Below, one piece after another: positions 63,992 through 64,000 of a stretch of DNA of 64,000 nucleotides. The position numbers were made by a program, and so were the translations under genes. Origin of the DNA: an uncultured Elusimicrobia bacterium. Lineage in GTDB: Bacteria > Elusimicrobiota > Elusimicrobia > 2-01-FULL-59-12. The stretch is taken from positions 3,012 through 67,011 of the forward strand of contig CAZDML010000002.1 in the NCBI GenBank assembly GCA_964506645.1, given 5' to 3'. Below the pieces are notes generated by a model. That model worked only from the letters and a program-made list of their open reading frames with translations. It was not told where the DNA came from and did not search any database. Every line of letters starts with the position of its first letter. Within the stretch, counting starts at the first letter, position 1.

Positions 63992-64000
63992 GATCGTATA
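61604..64000 (-). CDS. 5' portion of the same giant gene in a different frame (open at the window edge; frameshift relative to the main frame near 61960-61970)
   Basis: The frame is open from nt 64000 (..YTILIDKTAPNAP..; the track's 'M' at 63991 is a TTG Leu codon). It encodes about 680 aa of Ig-like modules ending ..GTDTDAGTNPSGI, then runs out of frame. The main ORF resumes the homologous sequence (..GSSTYYWDGATFSSTSVNATTAW..) in another frame. Copy 1 has ..NPSGIKRVDIRLSYVLSGSTYYWDGAAFSSTSVNATTAW.. and copy 2 lacks about 38-40 nt there. Confidence 0.7.
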   Translation of the reverse strand, partial: YTILIDKTAPNAPTVSVPSNGAAYQPSDIGHIVNNSQIRGTDSDPGTNPSGIKRVDIRLSYVLSGSTYYWDGAAFSSTSVNATTAWQSAGTAWNYNNTSGSDIDWPTDMSHGMVLETRSEDNATLIDGTGSGNFSSYSTTTFKIDFGSPTVSIDWPSVNAAVSSATVIVTGTMSDDLSGVSALALELSSGTVTKYYWTGSSWTTTQSNVTWVATTLFSSSWTYTLPTLTNDQNYYLRVKATDNVLSNPNIYTSALSTFTYDRSAPNISITLPVANGFYSAVSVSTPFAGVSSDTGSVPVGVSTVSIALTDIDAGNYWNGSTFTAGGPFYLAAQGTTANWTYTHASLFFKNDHRYDVLARAIDSANNISTTTNRFVYDVVKPTSVVTFPLAGYVTSWTLISGTASDLVGAPVNPSSVPVNGVKLAVERLSDAKWWNGTNFLGANPTYSTFTVTNTSLTVPNTWTSTMPAAFITSLVSGTSYYIVSLASDTAGNAEFGPLVTDIPANVGVTVTYDNVAPTATVTLPLMGLTGIRSLPNITGTSNDDVRVSTIQIALQNLTSAKWFNGSNFVLVQSTPNFLAAEGSTLTWQYTNGGNLDSRLVTDTRYAVVMRAIDMANNAQSNFVLNVSSFSMLIDKTAPNAPIISTPTANISYQPSELGVVANNTSLQGTDTDAGTNPSGIFYLLLGRRDVLFDQRECHNGLAECGRLGIGFGHRQLGLRCAKRSGYYLADRYEPCHDARCALRRQDHAGRWNGWWEHQRNDKPQLQYRFHIADGFLNVASSQCLGVERNGHSDGHHVR

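Overview
This is a high-GC, very gene-dense 64 kb window. All 34 supportable protein genes lie on the minus strand, with short or overlapping junctions and Shine-Dalgarno-like sequences. I found no rRNA, tRNA, CRISPR array or transposase/IS element.

The first two thirds (1-28.7 kb) is largely housekeeping and envelope genes:
- Replication and recombination: the dnaE N-terminus and rmuC.
- A cell-wall/glycopolymer block: a VanZ-like protein, a CE4 polysaccharide deacetylase, a GT-B glycosyltransferase, an Amidase_3 MurNAc-L-Ala amidase, a LysM protein, a holin-like DUF360 membrane protein, wecB, and a WecA/MraY-type transferase.
- RNase HI and yajQ.
- glyA, a low-molecular-weight protein tyrosine phosphatase, and tsaC.
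- argJ-argC and rsmI.
- A GAF-HD-GYP phosphodiesterase.
- A single-chain (fused) transketolase.
- A PAS protein, a secreted FN3 protein, and a 1189-aa protein combining NHL beta-propeller, FN3, transglutaminase-like and TPR regions.
- folD, metF, an RNase H-like exonuclease, a DAGK-family lipid kinase and a PHP phosphoesterase.

The last third (28.7-64 kb) is the unusual part:
- An operon of low-complexity coiled-coil proteins: a 1656-aa coiled-coil protein with a C-terminal TPR, a 685-aa protein with an FH1-like polyproline N-terminus followed by coiled coil, a 267-aa Pro/Ala-rich protein and a 222-aa unknown.
- Upstream of it, a FadL/PorV-like outer-membrane beta-barrel fused to TPR repeats.
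- Upstream of that, a giant extracellular multi-Ig-domain protein gene. It spans more than 24.6 kb and more than 8,200 codons in-window, is still open at the window edge, and carries a frameshift inside a ~1.9 kb tandem repeat. Its product ends in an FN3 domain plus a T9SS/Por-type (FlgD-Ig-like) C-terminal sorting domain.

I read the cluster of giant sorting-tail cargo, PorV-like barrel and giant coiled-coil/TPR proteins as a candidate undescribed cell-surface or attachment system. Smaller oddities:
- A 28-nt (CTGAGNN)x4 heptamer array present twice, once in-frame inside argC.
- A strongly self-complementary 5' end on the NHL gene.
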